A DNA stretch of 64,000 bases from NCBI GenBank assembly GCA_963762045.1, contig CAVXJA010000006.1, positions 44,465 through 108,464 on the forward strand, in the 5' to 3' direction. Source of the stretch: an uncultured Alphaproteobacteria bacterium. Its GTDB lineage: Bacteria; Pseudomonadota; Alphaproteobacteria; Rickettsiales; Rickettsiaceae. The translations under genes and the position numbers were made by a program. The notes beneath the pieces are model-generated. The model saw nothing but the letters and a program-made list of their open reading frames with translations. It had not been told where the DNA came from and ran no database searches. Below, in pieces: positions 47,149 through 56,935 of the stretch (position 1 is its first letter; every line of letters begins with the position of its first letter).

Positions 47149-49368
47149 TTACTCAGTATGCTCGCTTTTATCGCCTTCCCCTGCAGTATCCATTGCATCC
47201 CCCGCATTATTCATAGAATCAGCGGGCTTTACTTGAGAATCACCTTGCATTGCTGGTGCTGAATGATTAATGCCGCCACTATTGAAGGTAATTAACGCTA
47301 TATAAGAAAAAACATCTTTAGGTAATAAGCTAAATATATTTTCATTACTTTCTTTTTCTGTTTGCGAATTATTATTGTTACAATTAATATCCTTGGGTGC
47401 TAATTGCGAGTTATTATTGTTACAATTAATATCCAATTGTTTACAAACTCCATTAAAATGAAAATATTTAGCATGATAACTAACAGTTAAATACTTTCTA
47501 AAGTCTTGAAAAGTTTCTGTAAACTTATCTAGCGTTAATTGTGAGTCTTTAGAAATAAATTGAGCTGGGCTTGGATGTTTAATAAAAAACTCTAGAAGTT
47601 TTACTTTACCGATAGGCTTGAAAAAGTAGTCGCTTGTACCTTTTAGTTGTTTTGTTGAATTACAATAAAATACATCTTTTAGCCAAGGTTTATTAGCTAT
47701 GTCTATTTTTTCATTATAACTTAGCTTTTCATATTGAGTAAATAATTCATTTATAAAATATTTGGTACTATCATACAAATACTTATTAAATGCAGTTTTT
47801 AGCGCAATCTGTTTAAGCGTCTCGAACTTTATTGAACCAAAAAAATTAATTGGTATAAATCGCCAAATAGTGTCGATCGCATCAAAAAAACCTTTTAATG
47901 GATAATGCTCTTCAAAAACATTAAGACGCATGTTAATGTCACTTATGTCACTAAGTATGAGCTTTTGCAGAGAAGTGTTGGTTTTGAGTGTTTCTATAAA
48001 ACGCTGCGCCCCAACTTCAGTAATATAATAATTTATAAGCATGAGCGTTTGCAAAGAAGTGTTGATTTCCAGCGCTTTTCCTAAACGCAGCGCTCCAACA
48101 TCAGTAATTTTATTATTATAAAGATTAAGTACTCGCAGAGTTTTATTGTTTTCGAGTGATTCTGCTAAATGCTGCACTCCAATATCACCAATATCATTCG
48201 TTGCAAGCTGGAGCACTTGCAAAGAAGCATTGCTCTTAAGCGCGGTTGCTAAATGCTGCACTCCAACATCAGTAGTTTTATTAAGTGAAAGATTAAGCTC
48301 TCTCAAAGTTGTATTGTTTTCTAGTGATTCTGCTAAATGCTGCACTCCAAAATCACCAATATCATTATTTATAAGTATGAGCTTTTGCAAGGAAGTATTG
48401 ATTTCTAGAGCTTCTCCTAAATATTGCGCTCCAACATCAGTAATTTTATTATATGAAAGATCAAGCACTCTCAAAGTTGTATTGCTTTTAAGTACATTTG
48501 TTATATACTGCACTTCAGCGTTATTAATATTATTATATGTAAGGCTAAGAGTTTGCAGAGTTTTATTAGTTTCAAGCGCTTCTGCTAAATACTGAATTCC
48601 AGCATCACCTATTTCATTATCATTAAGAATAAGTATTTGCAAAGTTGTATTGCTTTTTAAAGCTTTTGCTAAATATTGCGTCCCAGCGTCGGTAATTTCA
48701 TTACTAAATATAACAAGCTCTTGCAGAATTGTATTAATTTCAAGCGCTTTTGCAAAATGCTGCACCCCAGTATCAGTAAATTCATTCCAAGAAAGATTAA
48801 GTACTTGCAAAGAAGTGTTTTTTTCAAGCGCTTTTGCAAAATGCTGCACTCCAATATCAGTAAATTTATTACGTGAAAGATCAAGACTTTGCAAAGAAGT
48901 GTTTTTTTCAAGCGCTTTTGCAAAATGCTGCACTCCAATATCAGTAAATTTATTACGTGAAAGATCAAGACTTTGCAAAGAAGTGTTTTTTTCAAGCGCT
49001 TTTGCAAAATGCTGCACCCCAGTATCAGTAAAATTATTACGCGAAAGATTAAGACTTTGCAAAAAAGAGTTTTTTTCAAGCGCTTTTGCAAAATGCTGCG
49101 CAACAGTATCAGTAAAATTATTACGCGAAAGATTAAGCTTTTGTAAAGAAGTGTTTTTTTCAAGCGCTTCTGCTAAATATTGTACCCCAATATCAGTAAT
49201 ACCTGCGCGACGAAGGACAAGATTTTGCAAAGAAGTGTTTTTTTCAAGCGCTTCTGCTAAAATTTTAATCTCATCATTTTTTATGGCGAAGTACTTAGCA
49301 TATAACTCAGTTGCTACATTAGCTTTAACTGTATTTAGTAATTTTTGAAAAGTTCTACAATAAATCAT
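47149..49368 (-). CDS. RNI-type LRR paralog, largest member (about 16 LRRs)
   Basis: 739 aa. It includes a run of near-identical 28-aa units LNLSRNNFTDTGVQHFAKALEKNTSLQS, two of which are identical at the DNA level. It has the same C-terminal module. Confidence 0.85.
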   Translation of the reverse strand: MIYCRTFQKLLNTVKANVATELYAKYFAIKNDEIKILAEALEKNTSLQNLVLRRAGITDIGVQYLAEALEKNTSLQKLNLSRNNFTDTVAQHFAKALEKNSFLQSLNLSRNNFTDTGVQHFAKALEKNTSLQSLDLSRNKFTDIGVQHFAKALEKNTSLQSLDLSRNKFTDIGVQHFAKALEKNTSLQVLNLSWNEFTDTGVQHFAKALEINTILQELVIFSNEITDAGTQYLAKALKSNTTLQILILNDNEIGDAGIQYLAEALETNKTLQTLSLTYNNINNAEVQYITNVLKSNTTLRVLDLSYNKITDVGAQYLGEALEINTSLQKLILINNDIGDFGVQHLAESLENNTTLRELNLSLNKTTDVGVQHLATALKSNASLQVLQLATNDIGDIGVQHLAESLENNKTLRVLNLYNNKITDVGALRLGKALEINTSLQTLMLINYYITEVGAQRFIETLKTNTSLQKLILSDISDINMRLNVFEEHYPLKGFFDAIDTIWRFIPINFFGSIKFETLKQIALKTAFNKYLYDSTKYFINELFTQYEKLSYNEKIDIANKPWLKDVFYCNSTKQLKGTSDYFFKPIGKVKLLEFFIKHPSPAQFISKDSQLTLDKFTETFQDFRKYLTVSYHAKYFHFNGVCKQLDINCNNNNSQLAPKDINCNNNNSQTEKESNENIFSLLPKDVFSYIALITFNSGGINHSAPAMQGDSQVKPADSMNNAGDAMDTAGEGDKSEHTE

Positions 49369-49407
49369 ATAAATTTTATTTTGTGTGTTTTATAGTAAAT
49401 TATAGGT

Positions 49408-49436
49408 ACTTTATATTAGTTATTAATAAAAAGCAA
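49408..49436 (-). promoter_or_regulatory. candidate promoter with the conserved TAGTTGCTTTT box
   Basis: In gene orientation it reads TTGCTT - 17 nt - TAAAGT. It lies inside the 238-bp block that is nearly identical to 45164-45401. Confidence 0.3.
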
Positions 49437-49532
49437 CTAATTTATTATATAATATTCATAAAGCTTAATATTTTATAAATAATTAGGAAAATAAAGTTTA
49501 TATGAATTCAGCTACGTGCATTAAGCAAAAGC

Positions 49533-49650
49533 TATAGTTAATTGAGTATTAGAGGTTTGAGGGTCCTGCGCAAGGACGAATAGATTATGTTGCATACGCA
49601 CCAAGTAAGCGAAGAAATGCACTCCTAGAAAGCTTTAATATTAATTGATT
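49533..49650. repeat. variant palindromic element between the LRR cluster and dnaB
   Basis: tatagttaattgagtattagaggtttgagggtcctgcgcaagg... is identical to the start of the copy at 45328. Confidence 0.55.
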
Positions 49651-49671
49651 GCGGAGGATTTCGCGTCAAAA

Positions 49672-51129
49672 TTAACTATATATCTCCTGTTTTTGCAGCG
49701 ATCCAATGGTTGAGTATTTATCAACATAATAAACCTGAACATTGCCAACAGCGCCATTTCTATGCTTAGCCACAATGATTTCAGCAATATTATGCGCTTT
49801 AGAAAGCTTCTCATGCCATTCATTATATTTAGGATCACCAGCAGGAGGTTCCTTTCTTTTTAGATAATATTCTTCACGAAATAAAAACATCACAACGTCA
49901 GCATCTTGCTCAATAGAACCCGACTCTCTGAGATCAGATAGCATAGGCCTTTTATCATCACGCTGTTCAACAGCTCTTGAAAGCTGCGATAGCGCTATAA
50001 CTGGAACGCTAAGCTCTTTGGCAATCGCCTTAAGCCCTTGGGTAATTTCTGAAATTTCAAGCACTCTATTGTCAGTTTTTGATCCCCTTAGCAATTGGAG
50101 GTAATCAACAAAAATGATGCCTAAGTTATTTTTACGCTTCATCTTGCGCGCCTTAGCCCTAAGAGCTGCAATACTAAGAGCTGGTGTATCATCGATGAAT
50201 ATCGGCATATTAGCAAGCTCGGATGCCGCAACTCTTAGTTTATTATAATTTTCTTCATTGACCTTACCATTCCTAAGCGATGAGGAATCGATTTTAGTAA
50301 CCATTGAAAGCAGTCTGGTTGCCAGCTGCTCGGAAGACATTTCTAAAGAAAAAATCGCTACTGATTTCTGCTCTTCTTCATTTTTTGCCCTAATTTTTAA
50401 AGCTTTGCAAGCATTGATAGCAAAATTGATGGCGAAAGCAGTTTTACCCATTGAAGGCCTGCCTGCAATAATCACTAAATCCGAATCGTGAAAGCCTGAT
50501 AATTTATTATCAAGGTCCGTAACGCCGGTGGATATGCCTGATACATGGTCATCATTTTTCATAGCACGATTAATGCTCTCTAAGGATAAGCCCACGGAAT
50601 CTTTCATAGATAAAAAATTCTTATCTAAAATTCCACTGCTTGCTAATTTAAAAAGGTTATTCTCCGCATTTTCAAGCTGATCCGTTGCTGATTGCTCTAA
50701 GCTTGAATCAAAAGCATCATTAACAATCGCCTCTCCAATGCTAATCAAATTGCGCTTTAGGGCTAAATCATAAATAATATGACCATAATCCCTAACGTTA
50801 ATAATTACCGTAGCCATCGCAGAGAGCTTAGTTAGATAATCTTTTCCTCCTGCTTCATGGTATGATTCAACTCGGTCTAGCATTGAATGAAGAGAAATGC
50901 TTGATGGCGTTAGACCCTTTTCTACTATAATATTAATTGAATCAAATATTTTTTTATGTAATGGCTCGAAAAAATGCTCAGCTCGCAGATATTCATTCAC
51001 AACATCTAAATTATCACTATTAATTAATATAGCTCCTAGCAGCATCTGCTCAGCCTGTAAATTATAAGGCTGAGATCTAAGCATAGTATCGCTATTTGCT
51101 TTATTTCTTGATTTAGTTTCAACTTGCAT
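49672..51129 (-). CDS. dnaB: replicative DNA helicase DnaB
   Basis: 485 aa with PYNLQAEQMLLGAIL at the N-terminus, Walker A GRPSMGKTAFA, and the motifs IFVDYLQLL and SQLSRAVEQR. Confidence 0.95.
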   Translation of the reverse strand: MQVETKSRNKANSDTMLRSQPYNLQAEQMLLGAILINSDNLDVVNEYLRAEHFFEPLHKKIFDSINIIVEKGLTPSSISLHSMLDRVESYHEAGGKDYLTKLSAMATVIINVRDYGHIIYDLALKRNLISIGEAIVNDAFDSSLEQSATDQLENAENNLFKLASSGILDKNFLSMKDSVGLSLESINRAMKNDDHVSGISTGVTDLDNKLSGFHDSDLVIIAGRPSMGKTAFAINFAINACKALKIRAKNEEEQKSVAIFSLEMSSEQLATRLLSMVTKIDSSSLRNGKVNEENYNKLRVAASELANMPIFIDDTPALSIAALRAKARKMKRKNNLGIIFVDYLQLLRGSKTDNRVLEISEITQGLKAIAKELSVPVIALSQLSRAVEQRDDKRPMLSDLRESGSIEQDADVVMFLFREEYYLKRKEPPAGDPKYNEWHEKLSKAHNIAEIIVAKHRNGAVGNVQVYYVDKYSTIGSLQKQEIYS

Positions 51130-51158
51130 TTTAAATGTATGATTTTCGCTATATTATT

Positions 51159-52106
51159 TTAGGATTCCCTTAAGAATTTATCCGCTTCTAAAGCAGCCAT
51201 GCAACCAGTTCCTGCAGCAGTGACGGCTTGCCTATAAATTTTATCTTGCACATCGCCAGCAGCAAATACACCAGGAATGTTAGTTTTTGTTGAATCAGGA
51301 GCTGTGATTATGTAGCCTTCATCATCCATCTCAATTTGGCCATCAAAAATCGCAGTATTTGGTTTATGCCCGATCGCAATGAACACACCATTAACCTCAA
51401 TTTCCTTAAACTGACCATTCATATTTGTATCTTCAAGCTTTATAGATTTAACATGTTTATGAGGATTTTCCCCGCCAATTATCTCATCAACTTTAGCATT
51501 CCATATGACTTCGATTTTATCATTTGCAAACAGCCTTTCTTGCATAAGCTTTTCAGCTCTTAAGGAGTCGCGCCTGTGAATGAGATAAACTTTACTAGCA
51601 TGATTTGTTAAAAATAAAGCTTCTTCAACCGCGGTATTTCCGCCTCCAACAACAGCTACAATCTTATTTTTAAAAAAGAATCCATCACAAGTAGCACAAC
51701 CAGAGACTCCATATCCTTGATATTTTTTCTCAGATTCAAGTCCTAACCATTTTGCCTCAGCGCCGGTGGAGATTATCACTGATCTTGCTAAAAATTTAGC
51801 ACCAGCCATGGTGGTTATAAGATTATTATTCTCTTGCAATTTGACCTCCGTCACATGGTCAAAAATTATCTCAGTACCAACTTTCTCGGCTTGTTTCAGC
51901 ATTTGTTCCATAAGCCATGGGCCCTGAACCGGATCTTCAAAACCAGGATAATTTTCCACGTCAGTCGTGATGGTGAGCTGCCCCCCTGGGGTGCTACCTT
52001 GCAATAATATAGGGTTATTGGCATTTCTTGCAGCATAAATAGCAGCACTATAGCCGGCTGGCCCCGATCCAATAATGATTAGATTATTTTTCTTTATGTC
52101 AGACAT
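51159..52106 (-). CDS. trxB: thioredoxin-disulfide reductase
   Basis: 315 aa with the FAD motif IIGSGPAGYSAA, the redox centre CATCDG and the NADPH motif GGGNTAVEEA. Confidence 0.9.
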   Translation of the reverse strand: MSDIKKNNLIIIGSGPAGYSAAIYAARNANNPILLQGSTPGGQLTITTDVENYPGFEDPVQGPWLMEQMLKQAEKVGTEIIFDHVTEVKLQENNNLITTMAGAKFLARSVIISTGAEAKWLGLESEKKYQGYGVSGCATCDGFFFKNKIVAVVGGGNTAVEEALFLTNHASKVYLIHRRDSLRAEKLMQERLFANDKIEVIWNAKVDEIIGGENPHKHVKSIKLEDTNMNGQFKEIEVNGVFIAIGHKPNTAIFDGQIEMDDEGYIITAPDSTKTNIPGVFAAGDVQDKIYRQAVTAAGTGCMAALEADKFLRES

Positions 52107-52360
52107 AATAATATGTATAATTAAATTAGTTGATTTGATTGTATGGTAATAAAATATGTGTTTTGACTATAAAGTAAAGTTTTTTTGAAAGCAAGTTACT
52201 TTGAAAATATATTCTGAAAATATATTCATGGAATTTTCTACTGATTTTTAAACTTTTACTATAAATTTTAAATTAGGACTTGAAGAATTTTACTATGCCA
52301 CTTATATTATATGTATAATACTAAAGGAATTATAACGAATAAATCTCTATAAAGAGCTAG

Positions 52361-53251
52361 ATGATTAATATGGCCATTGATAAGAATAATAAAACAGTTT
52401 TAAGATATTTTAAAGACATAAAGCCATATGTCTATTCACTTGTCCAATACGAAAAAAATAATAACATTAAGAATCTTCTCATAAATTATTTCTCTGGCCG
52501 AAATTCTGATTTAATCAATCATTATATTGATGCCAACATTTATCTTCCTTCATTCATTTTGCTTAAAGATATAAAAAAGCATTTGCTCGCAAAATATAAT
52601 AATGATAAAGAATTAAATAATCTGCTTAATAATGCTATTAAAAAAGCTAAGAATTTTTCTATTAATCTTTGTAAAATAAAGCGATTTGCTAAATATTCTA
52701 AGATGCAAGTATTTAGTAAAAAATTTGAGAAAACTGTGCAGCCTTTAGGTCAAAAACTTATCAATAATCTTCTTAGCATTAGGCTTAGAGTAAAATATTT
52801 AAAAGCAAATGCATTATATACAAAACTCAAGGCACAAAGACGCGAAAAATTACCAGAATCTATGACTAAACTTAGCTTTAGTTATTTTAGCTTCATTAAA
52901 TATAATTTGGCTAATTTTCTTACATTCAATTTTAATTATATTAAGCAAACCTATTTTGTAATTATTTTACTTTGCATTATTACGCTGTGGCTGGTTAATG
53001 ATTATTATTTCCATAATCTATCAACTGCACTTTCATGTTTTGTGAATGCTTTCATAGCCATATGCACACTTTTAATAGCCATTGCTCTGTACCCTATTGG
53101 TGATTTTGGCAAACTGGATATTGACGGTAATAATAGTGCTGCATATAATTACAAAGTTTTCTTTAATGAAAATTCTAATATGCATATGCAGAAGATTGCA
53201 GCGCTAAAGCAAGGCAAAACAGATAATATAAATAATATAGGTAACTTTTAA
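52361..53251 (+). CDS. hypothetical membrane protein
   Basis: 296 aa, Lys/Asn-rich, with two hydrophobic segments near the C-terminus (FVIILLCIITLWLV and FVNAFIAICTLLIAIALYPIG). Its stop abuts the SURF1 start. Confidence 0.5.
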   Translation: MINMAIDKNNKTVLRYFKDIKPYVYSLVQYEKNNNIKNLLINYFSGRNSDLINHYIDANIYLPSFILLKDIKKHLLAKYNNDKELNNLLNNAIKKAKNFSINLCKIKRFAKYSKMQVFSKKFEKTVQPLGQKLINNLLSIRLRVKYLKANALYTKLKAQRREKLPESMTKLSFSYFSFIKYNLANFLTFNFNYIKQTYFVIILLCIITLWLVNDYYFHNLSTALSCFVNAFIAICTLLIAIALYPIGDFGKLDIDGNNSAAYNYKVFFNENSNMHMQKIAALKQGKTDNINNIGNF

Positions 53252-53977
53252 ATGATAGCTTTTAAGAAATTAATCCCACTTTATGTTTTATCTTTAATTA
53301 CCTTAATTGCGCTTGGCATATGGCAACTAAATCGCCATTATGAAAAATCTCAAATGATTCAAGAAATTGAAACTAATTTGCTTAATGCCCCGACAATTAT
53401 TGATTTTAACAATAAGTTGGATGCTGCAATGGTTTATAAAAAAATGGCAATAAAGGGAGATTTTTCTAACGATAAGCCAATCTTTTTATATGGCAGAAAA
53501 ACTGCAACTAGCCAGAAAGATGGCTATTATATGCTGCATGGATTTAAAGTTAAAAATAGTGATGACAAACTACTAGTAGCAAGAGCATGGGTCCCGCTTG
53601 CTGTCAAAGAGCAAATTGAAAGCGGCGCTCTTACTTTAGAATTATCGGATATAAAAGAAATAACCGGCGTAATACTCCCGGCTGAGAAAAAGCCTTTTTT
53701 TGTTCCGGAAAATGATATTGATAAAAATATTTGGTTCACATTGTCTCCCGAGGATGCATCAGCGAATGGGATTAATATTCATGATGTATATTTAAGAGAA
53801 TTAGATGCTACAAATATTCCAAATAATTCCATGGCGCTAGATAGCAAATATATTAGTAAAATCAAAAATGATCATTTTGAATATGCTCTTACCTGGTTTA
53901 TGCTAGCCTTTGCAATCTCTATTTTATTTCTCTATCAATATCTGATGGAGCATCAAGCCCTCAAAAATTTTAAATAA
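53252..53977 (+). CDS. SURF1-family cytochrome oxidase assembly protein
   Basis: 241 aa with an N-terminal TM followed by GIWQLNRHYEK (SURF1 W-Q-L-x-R motif). The C-terminal region is HFEYALTWFMLAFA plus a TM. Confidence 0.75.
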   Translation: MIAFKKLIPLYVLSLITLIALGIWQLNRHYEKSQMIQEIETNLLNAPTIIDFNNKLDAAMVYKKMAIKGDFSNDKPIFLYGRKTATSQKDGYYMLHGFKVKNSDDKLLVARAWVPLAVKEQIESGALTLELSDIKEITGVILPAEKKPFFVPENDIDKNIWFTLSPEDASANGINIHDVYLRELDATNIPNNSMALDSKYISKIKNDHFEYALTWFMLAFAISILFLYQYLMEHQALKNFK

Positions 53978-54333
53978 ATTTGCTAAAGCTTTTAACTTTT
54001 AATACTGCCGAAGAACGAAAGAGCATTTCTTTCCTCTATAATAAAAACTACTCACGCTAAATGGGCTTGCGCTTAAAACGTAAGGCCTCCTCAAAGAAGT
54101 CATAGCTTTAACTCCCACAAACGCTAATCATTATTTTTGTTTTATCTTAAAACTTAAAATAATTAAGCAAATCACTCCTCTTGAAGCCTCATAGCTCTGA
54201 GCTCTTATAAAAATACAACGCATTTAGCGCTTATACTATTGATTATAAATTTTTATAGCTTAATTAACTAGCATTTGCAAATCCCGATATTATAATATTC
54301 TTCAGTATAAAATTAAATTTTAGGTAAAAGACT

Positions 54334-56780
54334 ATGAGCAAAAATACTAAAAACCAATTTTTTAAAGCAGTTAAAAATAATGATATTAAAGAAGTTACTA
54401 AATATATAGAAGCAGGTGCTGATATTAATGCAAAAAATGATAATTTTGAGACAGCACTAATTATTGCCGCAAAAAGAGGCCATATTAAATTAGCTGAGTT
54501 GCTTATAAAAAAAGGTGCTGATATTAATGCAAAAAACGTTGATTTTGAGACAGCACTAATTATTTCTTTAAAAAATGACCATAGCAAATTAGCCGAGTTT
54601 CTTATTAAAAAATGTACTGAGGCTAAAGCAAAAAATGATGATTTTGGGACAGCGCTAATTATTGCCATAGAAAAAGGCCATACTAAACTAGCCGAGTTGC
54701 TTATAAAAGAAGGCGCTGATCTTAATGCAAAAAGCGATGATTTTGAGACAGCGCTAATGATTGCCATAGAAAAAGGCCATACTAAACTAGCCGAGTTGCT
54801 TATAAAAAAGGAGCTGATCTTAATGCACAAAATGATAATTTTGAGACAGCGCTAATTATTTCTTTAAAAAATGACGATTGCAAACTAGCTGAGTTACTTA
54901 TAAAAAAAGGTGCTGATGTTTATGCGAGTGATAAAAATAGAAAGACAGCGCTAATACTTACAATAGAAAAAGGCCATGCTAAACTAGCCGAGTTGCTTAT
55001 TAAAAAATGTACTAAGGCTCAAGCAAAAATTAATGATTTTGGGACGGCCCTAATTATTTCTTTAAAAAATGACCATAGCAAAATAGCTGAGTTACTTATA
55101 AAAAAAGGTGTTGATGTTAATGCGAAGGATAAAAATAAAAAGACAGCTCTAATATTTACAATAGAAAGAGGCCATACTAAACTAGCCGAGTTGCTTATAA
55201 AAAAAAGAGCTAATGTTTATGCGGAGGATGAAAATAAAAAAACAGCGCTAATGTTTGCCGCAGAAAAAGGAAATACTAAAATAGCTGAGTTACTTCTTGA
55301 AAAAGGTGCAAATGTTAATGCAAAAAGCTATGATTCTGAGACGCCACTAACACAAGCTACAAGAAATGGCAATATTGAAATGATTGCTATACTTCTAAAC
55401 AAAAATGCTGATGTTGATGCGAATGATAAAAATGAAAAGACAGTGTTAATGTTTGCCGCAGAAAAAGGTCATATTGAAATTGCCAGCTTACTCTTAAAAA
55501 AAGGCGCTAAGATTAATAAGTGCGATAATCATAACGACACTCCACTAATACTTGCTGCAAGAGAGGGGCATACGGACATGGTGAAGTTGCTTCTTGAAAA
55601 GCGTGCTGAGGTTAATTCACATCATACATATTATGGCGACACAGCACTAAATGCTGCTGCAAGGGAGGGTCATACTGAAATTGCTATATTACTCTTAAAA
55701 AATGGTGCTAAGGTTAATGCAAAAAATGGTAATTCTGAGACGCCACTAATGCTTGCTGCAAGTCAGGGTCATACAGACATGGCCAGCTTACTCTTAAAAA
55801 AAGGCGCTAAGGTTAATAAGCGCGACAAACATAAAGATACTCCACTAATACTTGCTGCAAAAAAAGGACATACTGACATTGCCAGCTTACTCTTAAAAAA
55901 AGGCGCTAAGATTAATAAGTGCGATAATCATAACGACACTGCACTAATACTTGCTGCAAGAGAGGGGCATACGGACATGGTGAAGTTGCTTCTTGAAGAG
56001 GATGCCGATGTTAATGCAAAAAATGATAATTCTGAGACCCCACTAATATTTGCTGTAAAAATAGGCAATATTGGCATGGTGGAGTTGCTGCTAAAAAATG
56101 ACGCTAAGGTTAATATGCAAATTAAGTCAGGAGAATATAAAGGATATACTGCGCTAAGTTTTGTTTTAGAAAAAAATCTCCCAGCTATACTTGAATTACT
56201 CCTTAAAAATGGAGCGATCATTAAAGAAAGTATGCTTTTATCAGAAAATATTAAGAATTATATTAAAACAATAATAGGTAAAATAATTGATGAAGATAAT
56301 AGTATAAATAAAAATTTAGTTAAAAATATTAAATATTTATGCACTTATACAATTAAAGGTAAAGAGCTGTTGAAAGAATATGTTGAAGTTTATAAAGTCA
56401 AATGCGAATCAACGCACAAAGGCGAGCATAAAATAACATATGATGATCAAGACCTCTTGACGCTCATCAAAAGTAAACTACATTATGGTTTCAATCAAAT
56501 GATGCATACAAAGTTAGTTTGTAAAGATTTTTTTACACAATTAATTAGAAATATAGAAAATAATAACTCAGACCCAAGTAAAAAGGATTCTAGCGACAAA
56601 AATCATGATTCAAGTAAGAATGCTAGTAACAACTTAGACGCACTTAGAAAAATATTTGAAACAAATATTTATATTAAGGACGCGCCTTTTGAAATATCTT
56701 TAAACAATTCAATCCTTGAGGATAATGCTCAAGGTCATGATTCACAAAATACTATTATGGGCACAACAGAAAATGGTTAA
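54334..56780 (+). pseudogene. ankyrin-repeat protein gene with a -1 frameshift in a poly(A) tract
   Basis: Track ORFs 54334-54855 (frame 1) and 54993-56780 (frame 3, TTG start) both encode 33-aa ANK repeats (TALI.A...GH.K.AELLIKKGAD.NAK). The stretch 54810-54992 reads as perfect ANK repeats in frame 3. The shift maps to A6 at 54804-54809, where sister repeats have A7 (ATAAAAAAAGGTGCTGAT). Confidence 0.8.
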
Positions 56781-56814
56781 GCTGAAATCTAACAGTTTTA
56801 TAACCACCAAGATA

Positions 56815-56926
56815 TATAGTCAATTAGTATTGAAGCCCTTCGCGCGAACATAGCGCATGCTGCAAGCCCTATAAGCGAGAGAGCGCCGCTTTGCGCCCTC
56901 TGTACCTTGAATAGTTATTGACTATA
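56815..56926. repeat. palindromic MITE-like element, cleanest copy (perfect 10-bp termini TATAGTCAAT / ATTGACTATA)
   Basis: The termini at 56815-56824 and 56917-56926 are exact reverse complements. The GC-rich core is ...cgcgcgaacatagcgcatgctgcaagccc...gagcgccgctttgcgccc. Confidence 0.75.
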
Positions 56927-56935
56927 AACTATGAA

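Noticed and set aside
48146-49348. Several long ORFs (149, 232, 164 and 66 aa) overlapping the LRR gene 47149-49368 in other frames and on the other strand
   Set aside because: This is the same repeat-periodicity artefact. The products are monotonous repeats (FAKCCTP.SV..L.ERL..CKEV) with no start context, and the sense frame has an unambiguous LRR signature.
54264-54830. 188-aa minus-strand ORF overlapping the start of the ankyrin gene
   Set aside because: It is the antisense echo of the 99-bp ANK repeats (..ISAVSKSS.FAL.SAP.FISNSA..). The + strand gives canonical ANK repeats.
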